Shown here piece by piece: positions 1-9,457 of a stretch of 64,000 nucleotides of DNA. This DNA comes from Acidimicrobiia bacterium. GTDB lineage: Bacteria; Actinomycetota; Acidimicrobiia; Spongiisociales; ZC4RG35. A model generated the notes under the pieces. It saw only the letters and a list, made by a program, of their open reading frames with translations, was not told the DNA's origin and made no database searches. The position numbers and the translations under genes were made by a program. The first letter of the stretch is position 1. Each line of letters begins with the position of its first letter. The stretch lies in the NCBI GenBank assembly GCA_036556085.1, contig DATBKE010000116.1:2209-66208 (forward strand), given 5' to 3'.

Positions 1-717
1 GTAGGGCCCGAATGTGTGCTGGCCCATGTACAACGCGATGGTCAGCTCGCCAATAACGATGGCAAAGGTGAGCAGCGCCCCGGATAGGAGCGCCACCCGG
101 AGGTTGGGAAAGATCACCCGGCGAATGATCGTCGGCCACTTCGCCCCCAGACTCTGGGCCGCTTCCGTCAAGGTGCGGACGTTGATGGCCCGAAGCCCAT
201 TGTCGACCGAGCGATACATGTACGGGAACGAGAGGGCGGCGTAAGCGCAGATCAACATCACCCGCGTCGATCCATATGTCGAAAGAATCGCCAGCGGAGG
301 TCGGCTGTACATCCGGATCAGACCGAAGACGAGCACAACTGCCGGAATCACGAAAGGGAGGAGGGTGATGAACTCGATCACCGAACGGAGCTTCGGCACC
401 CGCAGAGTGACCCAATAAGCGGTGGGAACGATGACGAGCAGGGAGACGAAGATTGTGAGGACCGCGTTGATGGCCGATTCCCCGAACGTTCGCAAGAACT
501 CCGGGTCGGAGACGACGCGGCGGAACGCCTCAAAACTGAAGGTGCCACCGATGGCCCGGAATGCCCGTTCTCCCGTGGCGATCAGGGGAGTAAGGAAGTA
601 GGCGATGCCGGCAAGGAGGATCAGCCAGGCCATGACCTTGCTGCCGGTGCCGGCCTTGGCCGGGGTCACAACCGCAGCCGGAGTTTCGACCGCGGTGGGG
701 GCGGCGGTAACCGTCAT
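1..717 (-). CDS. ABC transporter permease (second membrane subunit; 3' end runs off window)
   Basis: Hand translation of the minus strand from ATG 715-717 gives MTVTAAPTAVETPAAVVTPAKAGTGSKVMAWLILLAGIAYFLTPLIATGE...TEAAQSLGAKWPTIIRRVIFPNL, an EAA-loop-type permease motif. ATGA overlap with the stop of the upstream permease. Absent from the ORF track only because no stop lies in the window. Confidence 0.8.
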   Translation of the reverse strand, partial: MTVTAAPTAVETPAAVVTPAKAGTGSKVMAWLILLAGIAYFLTPLIATGERAFRAIGGTFSFEAFRRVVSDPEFLRTFGESAINAVLTIFVSLLVIVPTAYWVTLRVPKLRSVIEFITLLPFVIPAVVLVFGLIRMYSRPPLAILSTYGSTRVMLICAYAALSFPYMYRSVDNGLRAINVRTLTEAAQSLGAKWPTIIRRVIFPNLRVALLSGALLTFAIVIGELTIALYMGQHTFGPY

Positions 718-1592
718 CCCAGCCACCTTTCCGCCCGCCGTTGCAAGATTGTGTAGATGCCGATAGAGACCCCCATGATCACCACCATCCCCATGGCCAC
801 TGCGTATCCGAGCCCCTGGTTCTGAAGCACATCACCAGAGATCTGGGCTCCGATCAAGATCGTGGCCAGGCGCAAAGTGCCGCCGGTCAAGGCGTATGCC
901 GTGGCGTGAGCGCCAAAGGCGTTGCCGAAGAGCAGGATGATGGTGCCGAGGATCGAAGGCAACAGCACCGGCAATGCGACGTGCCGCCAGTACTGCCAGG
1001 AAGTGGCTCCCAGGTTCTCCGAGGCCTCCTTCCATTCTTTCTTGAGACCTTCGAGGGCCGGGGTGATGGTGAGCACCATCAGTGGGAACTGAAAGAACAT
1101 GTACACCACCGACAGGCCCCAGAAGTTGTAGAGGGAAAATCCGGATTGGTAGAGCTCGACACCGAAGAAGCCGAAGAGGGCGGTGATCAGGCCGATCCGC
1201 CCGAGGGTGAAGATGAAGGCGGCTGCTAGGGGGACACCGGCAAAGTTGGAGGCCACCCCCGAAAAGGTGGTGAGAAGCGACCGAAAGGGCCGCGGCAACC
1301 CGCCGTAGATCACCGCCCAGGCCATGAGGAAACCAAAGACGCCGCCGATGATGGCGGTAACCAGGCTGATGCGGACCGAGAGCCCATAGGCCTCGAGGAC
1401 TTGGGGATCGGTCAGCTGTTGATAGTTGAGAAGGGTCCATCCACCCTCGTTGGCCTGGAAGCTGCGGACCAACAGGATCGCGGCCGGGCCAAGCAGGAAG
1501 GCGGTCGAGAACACAAGGAAGGGAACGATCCCGACCCAGTTCCAGCTGCGAGGTGGGGGGCGGTTGCCCCCCACCTCACTGATTGAGGTCAC
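714..1592 (-). CDS. ABC transporter permease
   Basis: 292-aa ORF with multiple hydrophobic spans and the EAA-type loop EASENLGATSWQYWRHVALPVLLP. Directly abuts the SBP gene (1592/1593). Confidence 0.9.
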   Translation of the reverse strand: MTSISEVGGNRPPPRSWNWVGIVPFLVFSTAFLLGPAAILLVRSFQANEGGWTLLNYQQLTDPQVLEAYGLSVRISLVTAIIGGVFGFLMAWAVIYGGLPRPFRSLLTTFSGVASNFAGVPLAAAFIFTLGRIGLITALFGFFGVELYQSGFSLYNFWGLSVVYMFFQFPLMVLTITPALEGLKKEWKEASENLGATSWQYWRHVALPVLLPSILGTIILLFGNAFGAHATAYALTGGTLRLATILIGAQISGDVLQNQGLGYAVAMGMVVIMGVSIGIYTILQRRAERWLG

Positions 1593-2768
1593 TCAGCCTC
1601 CGACGTTGACGCCAACGACCGAGTCCCACTGGGTAGTGATCGCCTCGCTAGCCGCCTCGATCTGCTCAAGCGTCGGGAAGACTGCTCCCTCGACGTCTGG
1701 CAGTCGATCGAGCTTCTCCTGAGGCACCGCGTTGTTCGCCACGAGATCTTCGTACCGAATCGGATGGCAGTAGCCGTCGAGCCACAGGTTCTGTCCCTCA
1801 TCGGAGTAGAGGAACTCCATCCAGAGCTTGGCGGCGTTGGGTTGCGGCGCGTAGGCACTGATGCCTTGCACGTAGACCCCGGCATAACGTCCGCTGGCCG
1901 GTACCACCACCTCGATATTGGCGATGTCGGCGTTCGCATCGCGGTTAGCGAGGGCGTTGTAGGTCCAGCGAATAGTGATCGGGGTTTCACCCGACGCCAC
2001 CGTTCCCGATTCGGCGATCACAGGCACCAGGTTGCCTGCCTCCGCCAGTTGGGCGAAGAACTCGAGACCGGGCGCGACATCATCGAGCGAACCGCCGTTG
2101 GCCAGACCGGCAGCTGTAACAGCCGCAATGGCCTGCGCCGAGACCCGGGGATCACCGGCCAGGGCGATGGCCCCGTTGTACTCGGGATTCAAAAGGTCAG
2201 CCCAGTCCTGGGGGACGTTTTCCACCACATCCGCGTTGACCTCGAAGGCGAGCACGCCGTAGTAGTCCCCGTACCAGAAGCCCTCTGGATCCTTGGCATC
2301 TTCAGGGATTGAATCCCAGGTCGACACCATGTACGGCTGGAGGAGACCCTCTTCCTTGGCCGGCTCGGCAAACCCGAGACCGATATCGACCACATCGGGA
2401 GCTTGCGGGCCGGTGCTGCCCTGGTTGGCGCGGATGGCTTCGAGCTCGTCGGCCGATCCTGCATCCGGGGCCAGTCCGTTGTAGGTGAGCCCGTACTTCT
2501 CGGTGAACGTGTCGATCACGCCCCCGTAATTGCACCAGTCCCGGGGAAGGGCAATGGTGGTGAGGGTTCCCTCCGCCTGGGCGGCGGCGATCAGGTCTTC
2601 CATGCCGCCAGCGCCGGCGGCGGTGGTCTCGGTTCCTCCTCCGGCCGTCGTCGCCGGCGCTTCGCCGGCGGTGGTGGCGGTTGCTGGAGCGGTGGTGGTT
2701 GCTGCTGTTCCTCCGCAGGCTGTAACCAACAGCCCGAATACGAGGAGGAGAATCAATTTCCGTTTCAG
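1593..2768 (-). CDS. ABC transporter substrate-binding lipoprotein (family-1 SBP, PotD/AfuA-like)
   Basis: Track ORF is 1593-2912, but its first 48 codons overlap the divergent ppa start region. The lipoprotein signal KRKLILLLVFGLLVTACGG begins at CTG 2768, 5 nt downstream of a perfect SD AAGGAGG (2774-2780). Alternative starts are GTG 2786 and ATG 2843. The body looks like a periplasmic solute-binding protein. Confidence 0.85.
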   Translation of the reverse strand: MKRKLILLLVFGLLVTACGGTAATTTAPATATTAGEAPATTAGGGTETTAAGAGGMEDLIAAAQAEGTLTTIALPRDWCNYGGVIDTFTEKYGLTYNGLAPDAGSADELEAIRANQGSTGPQAPDVVDIGLGFAEPAKEEGLLQPYMVSTWDSIPEDAKDPEGFWYGDYYGVLAFEVNADVVENVPQDWADLLNPEYNGAIALAGDPRVSAQAIAAVTAAGLANGGSLDDVAPGLEFFAQLAEAGNLVPVIAESGTVASGETPITIRWTYNALANRDANADIANIEVVVPASGRYAGVYVQGISAYAPQPNAAKLWMEFLYSDEGQNLWLDGYCHPIRYEDLVANNAVPQEKLDRLPDVEGAVFPTLEQIEAASEAITTQWDSVVGVNVGG

Positions 2769-2841
2769 GTGTGCCTCCTTCGACACTGTGAAACGCCAAG
2801 TTAACGAGCCGCCGACAGGAGTGCCGTCTAGGTTTCTCGGC

Positions 2842-3444
2842 ATGTTCACCTCGTGGCGGCCCCACCCCTGGCATGGGCTGCCGGTGGGACCTGAGCCGCC
2901 TCTGTTGGTCAACGCCTACATCGAGATCACGCCCTTTGACGTGATCAAATACGAGGTCGACAAGCCCAGCGGCTATCTCAAGGTCGACCGCCCCCAGCAG
3001 ACCTCGTCCTCGCCTCCCACCCTCTACGGCTTCATTCCTCAGACGTTCTGTGCCGAAGCCGTGGCTGCCCTCTGCCCGGGTGCCAGCGGGGGAGATGGCG
3101 ACCCCCTCGATATCTGCGTGATCTCCGAGCGCCCGATCGACCGGGCCGACATCCTCCTAACAGCAAGGGCCGTAGGCGGGCTCCAGATAGTCGACGAGGG
3201 CGAGGCCGACGACAAGGTGGTGGCGGTTCTCAGCAGGGATCCGGTCTGGGGAGACGTTGTCGAGCTGGCCCAGCTCCCACTTGCTTTGGTCGACCGGCTC
3301 GCCCACTATTTCGAGACCTACAAGCAGATATCGGGACAGCCCGACGTGATCACAATTCAGGAGCGTTATGGAGCAGAGCACGCCGGGCGCCTGATCGAGG
3401 CGGCCCAGCGGGATTATCAGACCCATTACCCGAAAGGAAGCTGA
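2842..3444 (+). CDS. ppa: inorganic pyrophosphatase (family I)
   Basis: C-terminal 200 aa of track ORF 2530-3444 starting at ATG 2842 (MFTSWRPHPWHGLPVG...). Contains YGFIPQT, DGDPLDICV and EADDKVVAV motifs typical of family I PPase. Confidence 0.9.
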   Translation: MFTSWRPHPWHGLPVGPEPPLLVNAYIEITPFDVIKYEVDKPSGYLKVDRPQQTSSSPPTLYGFIPQTFCAEAVAALCPGASGGDGDPLDICVISERPIDRADILLTARAVGGLQIVDEGEADDKVVAVLSRDPVWGDVVELAQLPLALVDRLAHYFETYKQISGQPDVITIQERYGAEHAGRLIEAAQRDYQTHYPKGS

Positions 3445-4853
3445 TGTCGATCCTGATCAAAAACGGAACTGTCATCACCGCCGCCGGCCAGCAGGAGGCC
3501 GACGTCCTGGTGGCAGGCGAGAAGGTCGAAAGCCTGTCTGCCCGCGGAACCAGCACCAAGGCCGACGAGGTCATCGACGCCACGGGCAAGTACGTGGTTC
3601 CGGGTGGCATCGACGTGCACACTCACATGGAGCTGCCGTTCGGCGGCACGTTCGCATCGGATGACTTCGAGACGGGGACCAGGGCTGCCGCCTGGGGAGG
3701 GACCACCACCATCATCGACTTCGCCGTCCAAACCAAAGGCCAAAACTTGATGGACGGCTTTGAGGCCTGGCGGTCCAAGGCCGAGGGCAATTGCGCCATC
3801 GACTATGGCTTCCATCTCATCGTCGGCGATGTCACCGACCAGTCGCTCAAGGAGATGGACATCGCCATGGGCGAAGGAGTGACTTCGTTCAAGATGTTCA
3901 TGGCCTATCCGGGTGTCTTCTACTCGACCGACGGCGAGATCTTCCGAGCGATGCAGAAGGCGGCCGAAAACGGGGCGACGATCATGATGCACGCCGAAAA
4001 CGGGATCGCCATCGACGTTCTTATCGCCCAGGCGCTGGAGCGGGGCGAGACCGACCCCATTTACCACGGCATCGTCCGTCGCTCGATTCTCGAAGGCGAG
4101 GCCACCCATCGGGCGATCAAGCTGGCCGAGTTGGCCGGATGCCCGCTGTACGTAGTGCACATGTCGGCGCTCGAGGCCTTGGCCGAGGTGACCAACGCCC
4201 GGGACGAGGGACTAAACGTCTTCGCCGAGACCTGTCCCCAATATCTGTTCCTTGACCTCGACGATCTGGGAAACGGCTTCGAAGGCGCCAAGTTTGTCTG
4301 CTCGCCACCGCTGCGCGATCGAGCCGAGGGCCATCAGGAGGCACTGTGGTCTGGCCTTGCCACCAACGACCTGCAGATCGTGTCCACCGATCATTGCCCG
4401 TTCTGCTTCGAAGATCACCCCGAGCTCGGACGGCAGAAGCGGTTGGGCGAGGGCGACTTCTCCAAGATCCCCAATGGACTTCCCGGGGTTGAGCACCGCG
4501 TGGAGTTGATCTACCACGGCGCCGTGGCCGAGGAGCGATTGTCGTTGGAGCGCTGGGTAGAGGTCTGCGCCACCACTCCCGCTCGGATGTTCGGCCTCTA
4601 TCCCCGCAAGGGCACGATCGCCGTTGGGTCAGACGCCGACATCGTCATCTTCGACCCCGAGAAGCGCCACCAGCTCTCGGCGACGACGCACCACATGCGC
4701 ACCGACTACTCGTGCTACGAAGGGATGGAGGTCTCGGGTGGGGTCGATACGGTGCTGTCGCGGGGTCGGGTGATCATTTCCGACGACCAATACCGCGGCA
4801 AGAAGGGCGACGGCCAGTACCTGGTTCGCGACCTCAACCAGTACCTCGTTTGA
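3444..4853 (+). CDS. hydA: dihydropyrimidinase / D-hydantoinase (cyclic amidohydrolase)
   Basis: 469 aa, MSILIKNGTVITA...GGIDVHTHMELPFGGT (HxH metal site), with length and layout typical of hydantoinases. TGATG overlap with the ppa stop. Confidence 0.9.
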   Translation: MSILIKNGTVITAAGQQEADVLVAGEKVESLSARGTSTKADEVIDATGKYVVPGGIDVHTHMELPFGGTFASDDFETGTRAAAWGGTTTIIDFAVQTKGQNLMDGFEAWRSKAEGNCAIDYGFHLIVGDVTDQSLKEMDIAMGEGVTSFKMFMAYPGVFYSTDGEIFRAMQKAAENGATIMMHAENGIAIDVLIAQALERGETDPIYHGIVRRSILEGEATHRAIKLAELAGCPLYVVHMSALEALAEVTNARDEGLNVFAETCPQYLFLDLDDLGNGFEGAKFVCSPPLRDRAEGHQEALWSGLATNDLQIVSTDHCPFCFEDHPELGRQKRLGEGDFSKIPNGLPGVEHRVELIYHGAVAEERLSLERWVEVCATTPARMFGLYPRKGTIAVGSDADIVIFDPEKRHQLSATTHHMRTDYSCYEGMEVSGGVDTVLSRGRVIISDDQYRGKKGDGQYLVRDLNQYLV

Positions 4854-5272
4854 TGCGCAGGCTGCTTGCTATCGCGGCTCTTGCGGTCATGTCCCTCGCC
4901 TGCGGCCAACAATCAGTCTTCAGCCTCCCGGTCGGCACCTGCTTCGACGACCAGGCCGATGGCGAGATCTCGTCGGTGCCGGAAGTGAATTGCGCCGAGC
5001 CTCACGACAACGAGGTCTTCGCATTGATCGAATACACCGAGACCGATACCTACCCGGGCACAGATCAGATGTCTGCGATCTCAGACGAGCTTTGCAGAGC
5101 GCAATTCGACGGATATGTCGGGATTGATTACGAGAGTTCGGCCCTGGAGGTTTTCCCCATCTTTCCCACCGAAGAAAGCTGGAACGAGGACGACGATCGC
5201 GAGATCATCTGTGCGCTCTACAACGACGACTTCTCGAAGATCACAGGTTCGATGGAGGGTGCTGCTCGCTAG
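4853..5272 (+). CDS. secreted lipoprotein, septum-formation-family-like Cys-paired domain
   Basis: ATG 4853 (TGATG overlap with hydA stop). Signal and lipobox MRRLLAIAALAVMSLACGQQ. GTCFDD...VNCAEPHDNEVFALI...REIICAL pattern recalls the Septum_form domain. Confidence 0.7.
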   Translation: MRRLLAIAALAVMSLACGQQSVFSLPVGTCFDDQADGEISSVPEVNCAEPHDNEVFALIEYTETDTYPGTDQMSAISDELCRAQFDGYVGIDYESSALEVFPIFPTEESWNEDDDREIICALYNDDFSKITGSMEGAAR

Positions 5273-6279
5273 TGCCTCGAGCAGTGGTGCTGGGGGGAAC
5301 CGGGAGCATTGGCCAGGCGGTTGCTCAGAGGCTGACTCCGGCCGGCTGGTCGGTTGAGCTGACCGGGCGAACTGCGGGTCGCCTCCCCGAGGAACTTCTC
5401 AGGGCGGGTGTCGAATTCCGACAGGCCGATCGCTCCGACACCCAAATGCTTTCAGAGACGATGAGCGGTGGGGCCGACCTTCTGGTCGACTGTGCCTGCT
5501 ACACGGCCGTCGATGCCCGGTCCCTCATCCCCTTCCTCGCCGATGTCGAGTCGACGGTGATGATCTCGAGCAAAGCGGTCTATGTCGACGAGTGGGGGCG
5601 ACACGTCAATTCGGATTCCCCACCGCACTTTCCTCTCCCGATCCGCGAATCGCAGCCGACGGTGGCACCGGCCGATCGGGACTATCGAACCGCGGCGGGT
5701 TACGCGCCAAACAAGGTCGCAGCCGAGCAGGTCTTGCTGAACAGTGGAGCGCCGGTGACGATCCTGAGGCCATCCAAGATTCATGGGGCAGGGGCGCTAC
5801 GACCCCGCGAGTGGGTGTTCGTAAAACGGGTTCTCGATCATCGGCCGGCGGTGTTCCTGGCCCGACGGGGCGAAGGTATCGATCACACCAGCGCCGCGGC
5901 CAACATCGCCGCCCTCGTCGAACGAGTTGCGGCGGTACCCGGTCGGCGAATCCTGAACAGCGCTGATCCCGACGCTCCCTCTGCTCTTGAAATCGCCCGC
6001 GTCGTGGCAGAACACCTCAATCATGAGTGGCAAGAGGTCCTGCTCGACCAACGCAACGACGGCCTCGGTTCGCACCCTTGGGAAGCTGCTTTCCCGATCG
6101 TCCTCGATACCGGCGCCGCGCTCGAACTTGGATACCAGCCCGCCGGCAGCTACGCCGATACCGCCACCGCAGAGATCGACTGGCTCGTTAATGAGCCCTC
6201 GCGTAGGCCGGCCGTTGATGATCTCTTCTTCGCTCCCTTTCTCGACTACGAGGCCGAGGATCGGTACTTGGGCGGCTAG
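5272..6279 (+). CDS. NAD-dependent epimerase/dehydratase family protein
   Basis: 335 aa with N-terminal Rossmann motif VVLGGTGSIGQAV. Start overlaps the preceding stop (TAGTG). Confidence 0.8.
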   Translation: MPRAVVLGGTGSIGQAVAQRLTPAGWSVELTGRTAGRLPEELLRAGVEFRQADRSDTQMLSETMSGGADLLVDCACYTAVDARSLIPFLADVESTVMISSKAVYVDEWGRHVNSDSPPHFPLPIRESQPTVAPADRDYRTAAGYAPNKVAAEQVLLNSGAPVTILRPSKIHGAGALRPREWVFVKRVLDHRPAVFLARRGEGIDHTSAAANIAALVERVAAVPGRRILNSADPDAPSALEIARVVAEHLNHEWQEVLLDQRNDGLGSHPWEAAFPIVLDTGAALELGYQPAGSYADTATAEIDWLVNEPSRRPAVDDLFFAPFLDYEAEDRYLGG

Positions 6280-7844
6280 ACGTCGCCGCTGACTATGAAG
6301 CTGGCCAGGATCCGGTCGAGCGCCTCGAAGTCGCGGTCGGCGTTGGCTTGCACCTGAACGCGTACCAAGTAGTTGGCCTCGACCGGGTGGGCCGCCACCA
6401 CCACGTAGGTAGCCGCTTCGTCGCCGCAATTGACGAACGTGTCATATGAACCCGTATAAAGCGGGTCTTCGTACACCTCGCGTCCGGCGAACTCGCAGAC
6501 TTCGGTGAAGTTGGACTGGATCTCGTCGAGCAACGCCTCCTCGCTGGTACTCGTTGCCCAATCGGAGGAGGCTGAGAAGATCATCCCGGGAGTCGACCAC
6601 GAATCGAAAAAGGTTGTGAGGCTGCTGGCCGCCCGCACGTCGACGATGAAGTTTCCGGCTTCATCTTCGTAGGGGGCGCCGTCGACGTCGCTCCACTCGA
6701 GCGGAACCTCCACTGAGATCGCACCCGTTTCGTCGGTGATCACGGAATACTCGGCATAGATGCTGGTGTCTTCTTCGACCGTGGCCTCCTCTTCGAGCTC
6801 CTCGGCGAAGGAGTAGAGCTCGGTGAGGGGCTCGCCGTTGAGCTGGCCAGACAAGAACTGGGCGGTGTCATAGCGCAGCACATCGATGTCGATCACTCCT
6901 TGCTCGCCCTGGGTGCGGATGACGTCGCAGAACTCCTCAAGCGTCCCCTCCAGCCCCAGGGACACTCCGGCCATCTGGGTGACGATGTCGCCGCCCGTCA
7001 GACCCGCCTGGTCGGCGGCTGACCCGGGCTGAACCGTCTCCACCCATACCCCGGTGGTGCCGTCATCGGCGGTGACCGCATAGCCGTTGATCCCGACCGA
7101 GTCGACATCGCGGCCGGTGGCAAGCTCATCGACCACGCTGCGCGCTTCCTCGACGCTGATGGCATAGTTCTGATCGGTGTCGTCGCGGCCGGCGTAGTTG
7201 ACGCCGACCACTTTCATATCATCTGTGACCAGCGGGCCCCCGGAATTGCCGCCGCGGATGCGGGCATCGTGCTCCAAGATGGCGTCGATTGACGCCCACT
7301 CGGTCTCCCCTGGAGCGTCGGCCTTGGAGATGATCCCCTGAGTCAATGCGAACTCAGGCTCACCCAACGGGTAGCCGGCCGCCTGCACCTCGAGGCCGGC
7401 GAAGATGTCGCCGTCGTACCACTCGAGGTAGTTGTAACCCTCGCCGTCCAGATCGATGACGGCGAGATCGTTGCATTCGGAGACTCCCAGGATCTGAGCA
7501 TTGACCGTTTCCGCCGATCCGCCGATGTGCACGTCGAGCAGCCCGGCGCCACTGACGACGTGGCTGTTGGAGACCGCGATGCCGGAAGGATCAATGATGA
7601 ACCCAGAACCGCTCCCGCCTCCCTCGAAACTTCCGAAATCGGGGGTAACGAAGGTGCCGGTGGAGACAATCTGAATCGTCGCCAGGGGTAGGTCTTCGAC
7701 CGTGGTGATGAGGCCTTCGGGCACCGTCGTAGTGCTGGCAATCGGCGAGGTCGTCGGGGTAGGTAGGGTCGTCGATGTTGTGGCGCCGCTTTGGCACGCG
7801 ACCAGTGCGATGGCCAGCAACGTCAACTTCAGATTGTGCTTCAC
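6276..7844 (-). CDS. trypsin-like (S1C/HtrA-like) serine protease lipoprotein with PDZ-like and extra C-terminal domain
   Basis: GSGSGFIIDPSGIAVSNSHVV (His region), NDLAVIDL (Asp), GGNSGGPL (Ser). Probable start is GTG 7844 after GGGAGA, giving VKHNLKLTLLAIALVACQSG (lipobox). The track ORF extends to 7943. Confidence 0.85.
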   Translation of the reverse strand: MKHNLKLTLLAIALVACQSGATTSTTLPTPTTSPIASTTTVPEGLITTVEDLPLATIQIVSTGTFVTPDFGSFEGGGSGSGFIIDPSGIAVSNSHVVSGAGLLDVHIGGSAETVNAQILGVSECNDLAVIDLDGEGYNYLEWYDGDIFAGLEVQAAGYPLGEPEFALTQGIISKADAPGETEWASIDAILEHDARIRGGNSGGPLVTDDMKVVGVNYAGRDDTDQNYAISVEEARSVVDELATGRDVDSVGINGYAVTADDGTTGVWVETVQPGSAADQAGLTGGDIVTQMAGVSLGLEGTLEEFCDVIRTQGEQGVIDIDVLRYDTAQFLSGQLNGEPLTELYSFAEELEEEATVEEDTSIYAEYSVITDETGAISVEVPLEWSDVDGAPYEDEAGNFIVDVRAASSLTTFFDSWSTPGMIFSASSDWATSTSEEALLDEIQSNFTEVCEFAGREVYEDPLYTGSYDTFVNCGDEAATYVVVAAHPVEANYLVRVQVQANADRDFEALDRILASFIVSGDV

Positions 7845-7853
7845 TGTTCTCCC

Positions 7854-9344
7854 ATGATCAGTCACTGGATCGACGGACGGCAATGGTCCGAGAAACCCGA
7901 ACGTACCGGAAAGGTATACGACCCGGCCACCGGAGAAGTGCAAAACGAGGTGGCATTGGCCGAAGTCCCGGAGGTCGATGCCGCCGTGGCCGCTGCTTCG
8001 GAGGCGTATCCGGCCTGGCGCGATACCCCGATCACGCGGCGCCAGAACGTCATGTTTGCTTTTCGCGAGCTAGTGGTGCAGAACCGGCACGAGATCGCCA
8101 AGCTCATCACTTCTGAGCACGGGAAGACCGAATCCGATGCCTTGGGCGAGGTGCAGCGGGGACTCGAGGTGGTGGAGTTCGCCTGCAACATCACTCATCT
8201 GATGAAGGGCGAGTTCTCCGAGCAGGTCTCGACCGGGGTCGACACTTTCACCATGCGCCAGCCGCTCGGCGTCGTCGCCGGGATCACGCCTTTCAACTTT
8301 CCGGCGATGGTCCCGATGTGGATGTACCCCCTGGCCATCGCCGCTGGCAACTCATTCGTCCTCAAACCTTCGGAGAAGGATCCTTCGCCTTCGTTGCTTT
8401 GCGCCGACCTATTGAAGGAGGCAGGACTTCCCCCCGGGGTCTTCAACGTCGTGAACGGGGACAAGGTGGCGGTCGATCGCATTCTCGAGCATCCCGATAT
8501 CGCGGCAGTTTCTTTCGTCGGATCAACGCCGATCGCCCGCTACATCTACGAAAACGGAACGAAAGCCGGAAAGCGGGTCCAGGCGCTCGGCGGGGCCAAG
8601 AACCACATGGTCGTGCTCCCGGATGCCGACATGGAGCTGGCGGCCGACGCGGCGGTATCGGCTGGCTATGGATCGGCCGGGGAGCGGTGCATGGCGATCT
8701 CGGTAGTGGTCACGGTGGGTGATGCCGCCGACCGGCTCCTGCCACACATCACCGCCCGCATCGCCAAGCTCCGCACCGGGCCCGGCCACGACCCCGATTC
8801 GGAGATGGGACCACTCGTCACCCCCGAACACCGGGACAAAGTGGTCGGATACATCGGTCAAGGCGAGGCAGAGGGTGCCGACCTGGTGGTGGACGGACGC
8901 GGCTATTCACCGGAGGGGTACGAGGGCGGGTTCTACGTCGCTCCCACCCTTTTCGATCGGGTTCAGCCAGGGATGAAGATCTACGAGGACGAGATCTTCG
9001 GGCCGGTTTTGGGGATGGTGCGCGTCGAGCATTACCAGCAAGCGATCGATCTCATCAACGCCAATCCGTATGCGAACGGAACTGCCGTCTTCACGAACGA
9101 CGGCGGGGCAGCCCGCAAGTTCGGAAACGAGATCCAGGTGGGGATGGTGGGAGTCAACATCCCGATCCCGGTACCCCTGGCCTTTTACTCGTTCGGCGGC
9201 TGGAAATCGTCGTTCTTCGGATCAAGCCCGATCTATGGGCCCGAGGGCATCCGTTTCTACACCCGCCAGAAAGTGGTCATCTCCCGCTGGCCCGACCCCA
9301 TCTACCGCGGGGTCGACCTGGGCTTCCCCCAACACGGCCGCTAA
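7854..9344 (+). CDS. mmsA: CoA-acylating methylmalonate-semialdehyde dehydrogenase
   Basis: ATG 7854 (MISHWIDGRQW...), 496 aa. Aldehyde dehydrogenase fold with the MmsA-type N-terminus and the C-terminal FGGWKSSFFG motif. Confidence 0.9.
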   Translation: MISHWIDGRQWSEKPERTGKVYDPATGEVQNEVALAEVPEVDAAVAAASEAYPAWRDTPITRRQNVMFAFRELVVQNRHEIAKLITSEHGKTESDALGEVQRGLEVVEFACNITHLMKGEFSEQVSTGVDTFTMRQPLGVVAGITPFNFPAMVPMWMYPLAIAAGNSFVLKPSEKDPSPSLLCADLLKEAGLPPGVFNVVNGDKVAVDRILEHPDIAAVSFVGSTPIARYIYENGTKAGKRVQALGGAKNHMVVLPDADMELAADAAVSAGYGSAGERCMAISVVVTVGDAADRLLPHITARIAKLRTGPGHDPDSEMGPLVTPEHRDKVVGYIGQGEAEGADLVVDGRGYSPEGYEGGFYVAPTLFDRVQPGMKIYEDEIFGPVLGMVRVEHYQQAIDLINANPYANGTAVFTNDGGAARKFGNEIQVGMVGVNIPIPVPLAFYSFGGWKSSFFGSSPIYGPEGIRFYTRQKVVISRWPDPIYRGVDLGFPQHGR

Positions 9345-9360
9345 CCCGGGGCAATTTGAA

Positions 9361-9393
9361 ACCTAAGGCTTCAACATGCGGATTCCGCATGTT
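9361..9393. repeat. left copy of a 33-bp imperfect inverted repeat flanking the AbiEi/DUF559 gene
   Basis: acctaaggcttcaacatgcggattccgcatgtt. 26/33 identical to the reverse complement of 10390-10422. Confidence 0.7.
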
Positions 9394-9395
9394 TT
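9373..9395 (+). terminator. hairpin plus short T-run downstream of mmsA (candidate intrinsic terminator)
   Basis: Perfect palindrome aacatgcgga-t-tccgcatgtt followed by tt (run gtttt), 29 nt after the mmsA stop. Confidence 0.5.
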
Positions 9396-9457
9396 AGCCG
9401 ACGGTTTGGGCAGACGACTCTCTAGAAACGCGGCTCCCCCTCACGCATGATCCGGGG

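Noticed and set aside
2530-2841. Ala/Val/Pro-rich 104-codon N-terminal extension of the ppa ORF.
   Set aside because: It is antisense to the well-supported SBP gene, has low-complexity composition typical of GC-rich shadow frames, and family I PPases do not have such an extension. ATG 2842 gives a normal N-terminus.
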